This document shows, piece by piece, positions 1 to 8,775 of a stretch of 32,000 nucleotides of DNA. The notes under the pieces were generated by a model. That model saw nothing but the letters and a program-made list of their open reading frames with translations, made no database searches and had not been told where the DNA came from. Position 1 is the first letter of the stretch. Every line of letters starts with the position of its first letter. The position numbers and the translations under genes are program-made. The DNA is from Mycolicibacterium smegmatis. Its GTDB lineage: Bacteria > Actinomycetota > Actinomycetes > Mycobacteriales > Mycobacteriaceae. The stretch lies in NCBI RefSeq assembly GCF_001457595.1, contig NZ_LN831039.1, positions 2,670,001 to 2,702,000 of the forward strand, written 5' to 3'.

Positions 1-236
1 CGCGCCAGGCCCGCACCGTGGTGCACCAGACGGTCTCGGCCGTCAACGGCGCCCCCGACATCGGTCCGCACGGGCTGCGCCACAGCGCCGCCACGCATCT
101 GCTCGAAGGCGGCGCCGACCTGCGCATCGTGCAGGAACTGCTCGGCCACACGTCGCTGGCCACCACCCAGCTCTACACCCACGTCACCGTCGAACGGCTC
201 CGCGCCGTTCATGACCAGGCCCACCCACGCGCATGA
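1..236 (+). CDS. xerC: Tyrosine recombinase XerC, C-terminal fragment (5' end lies outside the window)
   Basis: The frame is open from the window edge. The translation [39 protein letters not shown] carries the H-x-x-R, LGH and catalytic Tyr motifs of Xer-type integrases. Its position next to the rpsB-tsf region matches mycobacterial xerC synteny. Confidence 0.85.
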
Positions 237-1114
237 TCCGTTCAGAAGTCGACCTGTCCGGCGGGCGGGTCTCCTACCTCACGTGGTCTCCCGAACGCCC
301 GAGCGGCACCGTCGTCCTGTTGCACGGAGGCGGGGTCGACAACGCCGAATTGTCGTGGGGCGGAATCGCACCCGGGCTCGCCGCGGCGGGCTACCGTGTC
401 GTCTGCCCCGACCATCCGGGTTACGGACACAGTCCACTGCCGGCCTTGCCGGTGACACAGGAGCGTCTGGTCGCCTACGTCGGCGATTTCGTCGACGCGG
501 TCGTCGACGGTCGGTATGCCATCGGTGGGCTCTCGCTCGGCGGCGGCATGACGATCGGGCATGTGCTCGACCGCCCGGACCGGGTGACCGGAGCCATGCT
601 GCTGGGCAGCTACGGCATCATGGCGAGACTGTCGGACGGACCGTTCTCGGCGATCAGGCAGGCGTTGACGTGGGCCATGGTCCGTACCGGGGTGATGGGC
701 TCGGTGATGCGCTGGACCGCGCGAAACCGGACCGCGATGAACCAGAGCGTCGCGGCCATCATCCGAAACCGCGTCTACCGCACCGACGATCTGCTGCAGG
801 CCGTGTACGCCGCCGCGGCGCAACCGGGTGGTTTCATCGCGTTCGAGCAGTGGCAGCGCGACCAGGTGCGGTGGAACCGGCAGCGCACCGACTACACCGA
901 CCGCTTACGGACGTTTCCGCGTCCCGCGCTGATCGTGCACGGCGGCCGCGATACAGGTGTACCCGTCGCCCATGCGCGCGCCGCCGCGCGGTTGATACCG
1001 GACGCCACGCTGAAAGTCGTTGCCGAGGCGGGCCATTGGGTGCAGCGGGACGCACCCGATGTGGTGCTCGACGCGATGACGACATTCCTGGCCCGGATCA
1101 GCGCAACAGCTTGA
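233..1114 (+). CDS. Alpha/beta-fold hydrolase
   Basis: 293-aa ORF. It has an HGGG oxyanion-type motif ([10 protein letters not shown]), the nucleophile elbow G-L-S-L-G and a C-terminal AGHWVQ histidine motif. The ATG overlaps the xerC stop (ATGA at 233-236). Confidence 0.8.
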
Positions 1115-2057
1115 TCACCTCGGCGAGGTGCGGCATGGCCGATTCACGGCCCGCCCACGCGTCGATGACCGTCCAGTAGCTCACCCCGTACAGGCGTTGG
1201 CGCTCCGCGAGCGCCTCGGCCATCTGCTCGTAGGTCCCGATCAGGACGAAGGGCGATTCGAGCAGGACCGACGGCTCGGTGCCGAGGGTGCCTGCGAGTT
1301 CGGCCGCGGCCGCGGCCGGGTCCTCGGTGTGGGCGACGAATTGGATGAGCGCGTTGAGTTCGATCTGCTCGAAGCGCGCACCTGCCGCGTCGCGGACCAC
1401 GCCGATGCGGTCCAGCAGTCCTGCCGGGCCGAAGTGGGTCAGGCGGATCTCGGTGGCATCGTGGTTGTGGCTGAACCCGGCGAGGCCCGCGATATCGGCG
1501 ACGCGGCCCGCCAACTGCAGTACACGCGTGCCGTTTCCGCCGATGAGCAGCGGCACGGGAACCCCGGGTGGCGCCACGAGCTCACCTGCGGCACCGCGCA
1601 CACAGTAGTGCGAGCCGTCGACATCAACCGCCTCGCCTGCCAGCAGCGGCGCGATCACCGAGACGGCTTCGACAAGCCGGTCGACCCGCACGCCCCCGCG
1701 GTCGAATTTCACACCGACGGCGTCGTACTCGGATTTCATGTGTCCGGCGCCCAGACCGAGCTCGAAGCGCCCGCCCGACATGGCTGCCAGGGTGCCGGAT
1801 TCACGCGCTACGTCGACCGGATGACGGAGATCGTTGTTGAGCACCAACGTTCCGGTGTGCAAGTGGGACGTGACCGCACCCGCCGCTGCGCAAACGGCGA
1901 ACGGCGACAGAATCGGCGCGACGTGATCGGGCACCGTCAGCACGTCGAACCCGGAATCCTCGACGCCGCGGGCAAACTCGGCGAAGTCGGTGCCACGGGG
2001 GAGGGCGGTGTGCAGGCCAAAGCGCATGGGGCGGTTGCGATGAGCGGTAGATGTCAC
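1098..2057 (-). CDS. Luciferase-like monooxygenase (LLM) class, probable F420-dependent oxidoreductase
   Basis: MRFGLH...DSGFDVLTVPDH...GRFELGLGAGH is typical of LLM/F420 oxidoreductases. A GTG at 2057 overlaps the upstream gene's stop (GTGA). The alternative start is the ATG at 2027 (MRFGL). The further upstream part of the track ORF is rejected. Confidence 0.75.
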   Translation of the reverse strand: MTSTAHRNRPMRFGLHTALPRGTDFAEFARGVEDSGFDVLTVPDHVAPILSPFAVCAAAGAVTSHLHTGTLVLNNDLRHPVDVARESGTLAAMSGGRFELGLGAGHMKSEYDAVGVKFDRGGVRVDRLVEAVSVIAPLLAGEAVDVDGSHYCVRGAAGELVAPPGVPVPLLIGGNGTRVLQLAGRVADIAGLAGFSHNHDATEIRLTHFGPAGLLDRIGVVRDAAGARFEQIELNALIQFVAHTEDPAAAAAELAGTLGTEPSVLLESPFVLIGTYEQMAEALAERQRLYGVSYWTVIDAWAGRESAMPHLAEVIKLLR

Positions 2058-2557
2058 CTCGCCGACTGTAACCCCGTTTGGAGTGGCTTGAGGCGGACCG
2101 CGGCGAGCAGGCCGAGCGGATCGACGTAGTCGGCGCGCGAAGCCGGACCCCACATCGCACCCCAGTGCAGACACGCCGCGACCGGGCAGCCGGAGTGACC
2201 CTCGTCGAGGGTGCCGATGGACTGCCCGGCTGCGACCGTGCGGCCCACCCGCACGTGAGCGCGTACCGGTTCGTAGGTGGTGCGCAGACCTCCCGGATGC
2301 GCGATCGACACCACCGGGCGGCCCGCGAGTTCACCCGCGAACACCACCGTGCCGGGCCCCGCGGCATACACGGGCTGGTGCGCCCCCGCCGCGAGGTCAA
2401 CGCCACGGTGCCCGCGCTGCCAGTTCGGCGACGGCGCGTCGAACGCGCGCGTCACCGCTGGTCGCGGGTCCAGCGGCCAGCGGAAGCGCACGGTCTCGGC
2501 GTCCGCAGGCACGGCCCAGAACAACCCAGCGCACACCACCGCTGCCATGATTCTCAT
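2054..2557 (-). CDS. Secreted M23-family metallopeptidase
   Basis: The N-terminus MRIMAAVVCAGLFWAVPADA is signal-peptide-like. It also has the HRGVDLAAG (HxxxD) motif and a late CLHWGA His motif of M23/LytM peptidases. The start was chosen at the ATG at 2557 (alternative 2548), preceded by GGAAGG. Confidence 0.75.
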   Translation of the reverse strand: MRIMAAVVCAGLFWAVPADAETVRFRWPLDPRPAVTRAFDAPSPNWQRGHRGVDLAAGAHQPVYAAGPGTVVFAGELAGRPVVSIAHPGGLRTTYEPVRAHVRVGRTVAAGQSIGTLDEGHSGCPVAACLHWGAMWGPASRADYVDPLGLLAAVRLKPLQTGLQSAR

Positions 2558-2865
2558 CACCTTCCACTTCACCGCATCCGCACCCGTGCGCCCAAGAGCG
2601 AGATCACGGCCTGTGGATGAACCGCCGACCCTGGAGGTCAGGCTGGTAAAAGCACCTGTGTCCAGCGTGTAAACTCCTACGTGCAGCTCGCCGAGCGGGC
2701 TGACTTCGCGTGTTCGCGCCTCGATCGCCTCCATGGGGTCGAATCCGGATGCCGGCGGTCCTGACCTGGGATTTCCCAGTGCGGGTCCGGCAACCAGCGG
2801 GCACCAGGGCCCGGTATCACCCGATGCCGAGCGACAACCGACAACCAGAAGAGGTATGGCTGGCC

Positions 2866-3699
2866 ATGGCCGTCGTCACCATGAAGCAGCTGCTTGACAG
2901 CGGCGCCCACTTCGGGCATCAGACCCGTCGTTGGAATCCCAAGATGAAGCGGTTCATCTTCACCGACCGCAACGGCATCTACATCATCGACCTGCAGCAG
3001 ACGCTGACCTACATCGACAAGGCGTACGAATTCGTCAAGGAAACCGTCGCCCACGGTGGCACGGTCCTGTTCGTCGGCACCAAGAAGCAGGCGCAGGAGT
3101 CCATCGCCGAAGAGGCCACCCGCGTCGGCATGCCGTACGTGAACCAGCGCTGGCTCGGCGGCATGCTCACCAACTTCTCCACCGTGCACAAGCGCCTGCA
3201 GCGCCTCAAGGAGCTCGAGGCCATGGAGCAGACCGGTGGCTTCGAGGGTCGCACCAAGAAGGAAATCCTCATGCTCACGCGTGAGAAGAACAAGCTCGAG
3301 CGCAGCCTCGGCGGTATCCGCGACATGCAGAAGGTGCCCTCGGCCGTGTGGGTCGTCGACACCAACAAGGAGCACATCGCCGTCGGTGAGGCCCGCAAGC
3401 TGGGCATCCCGGTCATCGCGATCCTCGACACCAACTGCGATCCCGACGTCGTCGACTACCCGATCCCGGGCAACGACGACGCGATCCGCTCGGCCGCGCT
3501 GCTGACCAAGGTGATCGCCTCCGCGGTCGCCGAGGGTCTGCAGGCCCGCGCGGGCCAGGGCAGCGGCGAGAAGCCCGCCGAAGGTGCCGAGCCGCTCGCC
3601 GAGTGGGAGCAGGAGCTGCTCGCCGGCGCGACCGCCGGTGCTGCCGACGCCTCCGCCGAAGGCGCTGCCGCCCCCGAATCATCCACTGACGCTTCGTAA
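2866..3699 (+). CDS. rpsB: 30S ribosomal protein S2
   Basis: [32 protein letters not shown]... is an unmistakable S2 sequence. GAAGAGG lies upstream of the ATG at 2866. The Ala/Glu-rich C-terminal tail is typical of actinobacterial S2. Confidence 0.97.
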
Positions 3700-3715
3700 T
3701 TCCAGGAAGGCTTTC

Positions 3716-4543
3716 ATGGCTAACTACACCGCTGCCGACGTAAAGCGGCTTCGGGAGCTGACCGGTGCAGGCATGCTCGACTCGAAGAACGCCCTGGTCG
3801 AGGCCGACGGCGACTTCGACAAGGCAGTCGAACTTCTCCGCATCAAGGGCGCCAAGGACGTCGGCAAGCGCGCTGAGCGTGCGACCGCCGAAGGTCTGGT
3901 CGCGGCCAAGGACGGCGCGCTCATCGAGCTGAACTCGGAGACCGACTTCGTCGCCAAGAACGCCGAGTTCCAGGCGCTCGCCGACCAGATCGTCGCAGCT
4001 GCCGTCGCGGCCAAGGCCAACGACATCGAGACGCTCAAGGCTGCCAAGACCGGCGACACCACCGTCGAACAGGCCATCGCGGACCTGAGCGCCAAGATCG
4101 GCGAGAAGCTCGAACTGCGCCGCGCGGCGTACTTCGACGGCACCGTCGAGGCCTACCTGCACAAGCGTGCCGCCGACCTGCCGCCCGCCGTGGGTGTGCT
4201 GGTCGAGTACCAGGCCGGCGACGCCGACAAGGGCAAGGAGGCCGCGCACGCGGTCGCACTGCAGATCGCCGCGCTCAAGGCCAAGTACCTCACCCGTGAG
4301 GACGTGCCCGAGGACATCGTCGCCAACGAGCGTCGCATCGCCGAGGAGACCGCCCGCAACGAGGGCAAGCCCGAGCAGGCGCTGCCGAAGATCGTCGAAG
4401 GCCGCGTGACCGGCTTCTACAAGGACGTCGTGCTGCTCGACCAGCCGTCGGTGTCCGACAACAAGAAGACCGTCAAGGCGTTGCTCGACGAGGCTGGCGT
4501 GACCGTGACGCGCTTCGTGCGCTTCGAGGTCGGCCAGGCCTGA
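3716..4543 (+). CDS. tsf: Elongation factor Ts
   Basis: [45 protein letters not shown] is the canonical EF-Ts N-terminus. AGGAAGG lies 6 nt upstream. The gene sits immediately downstream of rpsB. Confidence 0.97.
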   Translation: MANYTAADVKRLRELTGAGMLDSKNALVEADGDFDKAVELLRIKGAKDVGKRAERATAEGLVAAKDGALIELNSETDFVAKNAEFQALADQIVAAAVAAKANDIETLKAAKTGDTTVEQAIADLSAKIGEKLELRRAAYFDGTVEAYLHKRAADLPPAVGVLVEYQAGDADKGKEAAHAVALQIAALKAKYLTREDVPEDIVANERRIAEETARNEGKPEQALPKIVEGRVTGFYKDVVLLDQPSVSDNKKTVKALLDEAGVTVTRFVRFEVGQA

Positions 4544-4578
4544 CAAGCCTGAGCGGCACACCCACCGCTCACTGTGTG

Positions 4579-4624
4579 AAACCCCGCGTCATACCCGGCG
4601 ATCCCGGAGACGCGGGGTTTTGCC
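4579..4624 (+). terminator. Intrinsic-terminator-like hairpin after tsf
   Basis: AAACCCCGCGTC (4579-4590) pairs perfectly with GACGCGGGGTTT (4609-4620). The loop is 18 nt and the stem is followed by TTTTG. Confidence 0.6.
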
Positions 4625-4701
4625 GTCTTCGGAGAACAGCAAAGGGCAAGGAAACCCCGCTCGCCGGCCTGCCGTGTGGTACCACTTGGTACCGTCAACC
4701 C

Positions 4702-6162
4702 ATGGTCCACGCCTTCAGCAATGACGCTCTCGGTGATCACGATGCCGTCGGCCTCGTCGGGGAACTGGCGGCGGGCCGCGTGTCGTCCGCCGACCTCATC
4801 GAGGCCGCGATCGCGCGCGTCGAGGCCGTCAACCCCACGCTGAAAGGCCTGGCCTACGCGGCCTTCGAACGCGCCCACGCCCGTGGCGCGGCGCCCAGCC
4901 CCTACGGCGGCTTCTTCGACGGGGTACCCACCTTTGTCAAGGACAACGTCGACGTCGAGGGCATGCCCACCATGCACGGCACCGACGCGTGGGAACCGCG
5001 GGCCGTACGCGCCCACGGCGACTTCGCGCGGGCCTACCTCTCGACCGGGCTCATCGCGCTGGGCAAGACTCGTCTGTCGGAATACGGCTTCAGCGCGTCG
5101 TGTGAGCATCCGCGCCTGGGCCCCGTGCGCAACCCGTGGAACCCGGAGTACACCGCGGGAGCGTCGTCGTCAGGGTCGGCCGCGTTCGTGGCCGCGGGTG
5201 TCGTCCCCATCGCACACGCCAACGACGGCGGCGGCTCGATTCGCATCCCGGCCGCGTGCAACGGTCTCGTCGGTCTCAAGCCGTCCAGGGGCCGTCTGCC
5301 TCAGGACAAATACTTCCGCGCGATGCCGTTGCGCATCGTCTCCGACGGCGTGGTCACCCGCTCGGTCCGCGACACGGCAGCCTTCTACCGCGAGATGGAA
5401 CGCGTCTACCGCAACCCGAAGCTGCCACCCATCGGCGACGTCCACCGCCCTGGAAAGCAGCGGCTGAGGATCGCGGTGTGCACGCAGTCCATCGTCCGCG
5501 ACGCCGCGCCTGAGGTCCGCGACCTCACCCTCAAGACCGCGGCACTGCTCGAGGAACTCGGCCACCGGGTCACCCCGATCGGCAATCCGATTCCGAACCA
5601 CTTCAAGGACGACTTCCTGGACTACTGGGCATTTCTGGCGTTCGCCAGCGTGCGCGGTGGACGCCGCACGGCCGGGCCGTCGTTCGATCGCGACCGGCTG
5701 GACAACCTCACGCTGGGACTGGATCGCCGCGCCGCGCGGCGCCTGTACCGGCTGCCGCTCGCGATCGCCCGGCTGGCCCGGTCCGGGCGGATCACCCAGC
5801 GGCTGTCCAACAGCTACGACGTGGTGCTCACGCCCACGCTGGCCGAGCCGACGCTGCCCCTCGGGCGACTCGATCCGACCGCGGACTACGAGCAGATCCT
5901 GCAGCGGCTGGTCGACTGGGTGGCCTTCACACCGTTGCAGAACGCGACCGGAGACCCCGCGATCTCGTTGCCGCTCGCGCAGACCACCGCCGGCATGCCG
6001 GTGGGCATGATGTTCTCCAGCACCATCGGCCGCGAGGCGCGCCTTTTGGAGCTTGCCTACGAGCTCGAGGAGGCGCGGCCCTGGGCGCGCATACAAGATG
6101 TCACCGCGACCAAGCAGCCGCGTAAGCGGGCCGCGAAGAAGGCCACGAAAACCACGGAGTAG
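4702..6162 (+). CDS. amiC: Amidase-signature family amidase (syntenic with M. tuberculosis amiC/Rv2888c, downstream of tsf)
   Basis: It carries the amidase signature GASSSGSAAFVAAG ... GGSIRIPAA. The start was taken at MVHAFSNDALG (ATG at 4702), downstream of the tsf terminator. The symbol is assigned by synteny only. Confidence 0.8.
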   Translation: MVHAFSNDALGDHDAVGLVGELAAGRVSSADLIEAAIARVEAVNPTLKGLAYAAFERAHARGAAPSPYGGFFDGVPTFVKDNVDVEGMPTMHGTDAWEPRAVRAHGDFARAYLSTGLIALGKTRLSEYGFSASCEHPRLGPVRNPWNPEYTAGASSSGSAAFVAAGVVPIAHANDGGGSIRIPAACNGLVGLKPSRGRLPQDKYFRAMPLRIVSDGVVTRSVRDTAAFYREMERVYRNPKLPPIGDVHRPGKQRLRIAVCTQSIVRDAAPEVRDLTLKTAALLEELGHRVTPIGNPIPNHFKDDFLDYWAFLAFASVRGGRRTAGPSFDRDRLDNLTLGLDRRAARRLYRLPLAIARLARSGRITQRLSNSYDVVLTPTLAEPTLPLGRLDPTADYEQILQRLVDWVAFTPLQNATGDPAISLPLAQTTAGMPVGMMFSSTIGREARLLELAYELEEARPWARIQDVTATKQPRKRAAKKATKTTE

Positions 6163-6277
6163 GGCACAAACCGGCGTGGCGCGTGACATGACCCCGTAAC
6201 CCGGGCCGTGTCCTGTTAACGAACTCGACACCGCGAACGGCTGCGGGTGAAACATCGGGCTCGCAGCATCCCTCATT

Positions 6278-7462
6278 GTGGAAACCGCTGAATCGGTATC
6301 GCCCTCACCCACATCCACACCGCCACGATCACCGCAGATCGCCACCACCACCGGCAACACCTTCGGTTGCCTGGTGCGGTTCGCCTTCGCGAACATCCGG
6401 CGCAGGCCGGAGCGGTTCGTGCTCTCGGTGCTCGGGATCGCGCTGGCGATCGCGTGTGTGACTGTCGTGCGGACGATTTCGTCGAGCTTCGCGATCACCG
6501 GCGCCGACTCGGTGACCGACGTCCTCGGCGACGCGCAGCTGTGGGTGGTGCCCGCGGCAGGCGTGCACTACGACAACGAGGCGTCGGCACTGGTGGCCGA
6601 CGGGCCCGCACCCGCGCTCACGGTGCCCGACGGCTGGCGGGCCGTGCAGACCTCCTCGGGGGTCGTGCACATCGGCGACGCGGAGGTATCCCTGCGCGGC
6701 GACGACGAAATACCCGCGGGGCAAGCGGTTCTCGGACCCGATGTGGCAAACCGGCTCGCGGTGGCCGACGGATCTGTCGTCGACGTGAACGGCCACCCGC
6801 TGACGGCGCGGATCACCGGCTCCGGCGAATCGGTGACGGTGCCGACGAGCGTTGCCCGGTCACTGGTCGGCGACCACGGGTGGTGGACGGTGTATGCGCC
6901 TGCGGGGGAGGAGAATCGGCGCGATCTGGCCCAGAGGTTCGGTGCCGCGGTCGGTTTGCCGTACACCGCCGACCCCTCCGAGCAACCGAAAGCCGATGGC
7001 GAAGGTCTGATCTACGACACCGTGGGCGGGTCCGGGCCGCTGACCTTCGAGCAGAAATTCTCCGCACTGTTCTCCGGCAAGGTCACGAGCTCGACACTGG
7101 GCCTGATCTCCACGATCGGCCTGATCCTCGGATTCGTCATCGCGGTGTCGTCGTTCCTGGCGGCCGTGCAGGAACGCAAACGCGAATTCGGCATCATGAG
7201 CAGCATCGGCCTGGCCGACGAGGTGCTGTACTTCTTCCTCGTCGAATCGGCGATCGTGTTCGTCGCGGCCTACGTACTGGGTGTGCTCGGCGCGGGAGCC
7301 GCTGTGGCGCTGACGATTCCGGGCATCGCGACCCCGGTCGCGTGGGCACAGGCCGCCGGTATGGTCGCGGCCTTCCTTCCGGCCATGGCGATCGTCGGCG
7401 CGCTGGTACCCGTACACCGCTTGCTGCAGCAGCGGCCCGTCGACCTGTTGGGGGCGCGATGA
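6278..7462 (+). CDS. ABC transporter permease, FtsX/MacB type, with a large extracytoplasmic domain
   Basis: FANIRRRPERFVLSVLGIALAIACV (TM1) is followed by a soluble stretch of about 200 aa, then the FtsX domain (AVQERKREFGIMSSIGL... plus 3 TM). GTG start. The Pro/Thr/Ser-rich N-terminus makes the exact start uncertain. Confidence 0.8.
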   Translation: METAESVSPSPTSTPPRSPQIATTTGNTFGCLVRFAFANIRRRPERFVLSVLGIALAIACVTVVRTISSSFAITGADSVTDVLGDAQLWVVPAAGVHYDNEASALVADGPAPALTVPDGWRAVQTSSGVVHIGDAEVSLRGDDEIPAGQAVLGPDVANRLAVADGSVVDVNGHPLTARITGSGESVTVPTSVARSLVGDHGWWTVYAPAGEENRRDLAQRFGAAVGLPYTADPSEQPKADGEGLIYDTVGGSGPLTFEQKFSALFSGKVTSSTLGLISTIGLILGFVIAVSSFLAAVQERKREFGIMSSIGLADEVLYFFLVESAIVFVAAYVLGVLGAGAAVALTIPGIATPVAWAQAAGMVAAFLPAMAIVGALVPVHRLLQQRPVDLLGAR

Positions 7463-8025
7463 TCCAGAAAGGCCTTGCCTACGGCTGGTTGTCGGCGCGC
7501 AGGCGGATCAGGGAGATGGTGTTGCCGGTGGTCACCACCGCGACCGGCGCCTTCCTGGTGGTGCTGGTGTTCGCGATGTCCGCGGGCATCCGGGAGCAAT
7601 CGGCCGTCATCGGGCATGCCGAGGAGATCAATCGGGCGGTGATCCTGATCGCGGTGACGGTGTTGCTCGTAGGCGTGGTCGAGGTCGCCGTGGCGACCAC
7701 CCGCACCGTGGCGCACCGGACCCGGGAGCTCGGTGTGTTGGGCGCCAACGGTATTCCGCGCGGGCCTGTGGTGGCCGCCCTGCTCGTCGAACCGCTGGTC
7801 GCGGCCGTGCTCGGCGCCTTGGCAGGTGCGGGGGCGGCGTCGGTCACCGCGGCCGTGGTCGCTCTGGCCGGGCTCGCTCCGACGGGTGTGTCGGTCGCCG
7901 GGATCCTCGCCGGTTGCCTGATCGCGTTCGGTGTCAGCATCGTCGCGGCCGTCGCCACGAGTTTCGTGCCCACCTGGAACGCCGCGTCGCGTCCACCCAT
8001 CCGATCCCTGACCGCTGGAGGCTGA
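7459..8025 (+). CDS. Short FtsX-type ABC permease lacking the extracytoplasmic domain
   Basis: The 188-aa protein starts at an ATG overlapping the previous stop (ATGA at 7459-7462). TM1 is followed by a loop of only about 15 aa, then an FtsX domain (HRTRELGVLGANGIPRG... plus 3 TM). The rest of the 552-aa track ORF is an out-of-frame overlap. Confidence 0.7.
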   Translation: MIQKGLAYGWLSARRRIREMVLPVVTTATGAFLVVLVFAMSAGIREQSAVIGHAEEINRAVILIAVTVLLVGVVEVAVATTRTVAHRTRELGVLGANGIPRGPVVAALLVEPLVAAVLGALAGAGAASVTAAVVALAGLAPTGVSVAGILAGCLIAFGVSIVAAVATSFVPTWNAASRPPIRSLTAGG

Positions 8026-8029
8026 TCAC

Positions 8030-8752
8030 ATGACCGCACTGGATGACACCGAGGCCCCGGCCGACAACGAGGACAGCAGGAAACCCGTCATCGAGATCAG
8101 CGACGTTTGGAAGCTGCACAAACTGGGCGACGAGGTGGTCAAGGCGCTCAAGGCCGCCGAACTGCAGGTCATGCCGGGTGAATTCGTGTGCCTGATGGGG
8201 CCGAGCGGCAGCGGCAAGTCCACGCTGCTCAACATCATCGGCGGTCTCGATCGGCCCACCAAGGGCACCGTGAAGATCAGCGGGCAGGACACCGCACAGC
8301 TGACCGAGAGCCAGTTCGCCGCATTGCGCCACGACACCATCGGATTCATCTTCCAGAGCTACAACCTGATCCCGTTCCTGTCGGCGGTCGAGAACGTCGA
8401 GCTGCCACTGATGTTCGAACCGTACGACCGGAGATCGTTGCGCACACGCGCCACCGAACTCCTCGAGATGGTGGGCCTGGGACACCGGATCCACCACCAG
8501 CCCACCAAGATGTCCGGTGGTGAACAGCAACGCACCGCGATCGCACGGTCGTTGATCAGCAACCCGACCCTGGTCCTCGCCGACGAGCCGACAGCCAATC
8601 TCGACCACCGCACGGGGGAGACGGTGGTGCGCATGCTGCGCGACCTGTGCCTGACGCTGGGCGTCACGGTCGTCGCGAGCACCCACGATCCCACGGTGGC
8701 CGACGAAGCGAGCCGTGTTGTCCGGATGCGAGACGGACAGATCATCAACTGA
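8030..8752 (+). CDS. ABC transporter ATP-binding protein (MacB/LolD-like)
   Basis: Walker A GPSGSGKST, signature MSGGEQQR and Walker B LVLADEPT are all present. GGAGG lies 8 nt upstream. The gene starts 4 nt after the previous stop. Confidence 0.92.
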   Translation: MTALDDTEAPADNEDSRKPVIEISDVWKLHKLGDEVVKALKAAELQVMPGEFVCLMGPSGSGKSTLLNIIGGLDRPTKGTVKISGQDTAQLTESQFAALRHDTIGFIFQSYNLIPFLSAVENVELPLMFEPYDRRSLRTRATELLEMVGLGHRIHHQPTKMSGGEQQRTAIARSLISNPTLVLADEPTANLDHRTGETVVRMLRDLCLTLGVTVVASTHDPTVADEASRVVRMRDGQIIN

Positions 8753-8775
8753 GTCAACGGCATTGGGAGACATCG

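Noticed and set aside
2558-2865. Possible rpsB leader regulatory RNA or S2 autoregulatory structure in the 308-bp region upstream of rpsB
   Set aside because: I could not identify a convincing conserved structure or promoter by eye, and the known rpsB leader motif is described for other phyla. An Rfam/covariation scan would be needed before claiming anything.
3530-3699. Ala/Glu/Gly-rich C-terminal extension of ribosomal protein S2
   Set aside because: The extension is real, but as far as I know it is a lineage-typical feature of actinobacterial S2 and is not novel.
3413-4561. 382-aa minus-strand ORF over tsf
   Set aside because: It is antisense to EF-Ts, and the translation is low-complexity and Arg/Leu/Gly/Val-rich.
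5170-6498. 442-aa minus-strand ORF over the amidase gene and the intergenic region
   Set aside because: It is antisense to the amidase, which has the canonical signature. There is no family resemblance, and it crosses a real intergenic region.
6367-7458. N-terminal two-thirds of the 552-aa plus-strand ORF (6367-8025)
   Set aside because: This part overlaps the first FtsX permease out of frame and is Arg/Gly-rich nonsense. Only the last 188 codons, from the ATG at 7459, form a coherent FtsX-type membrane protein.
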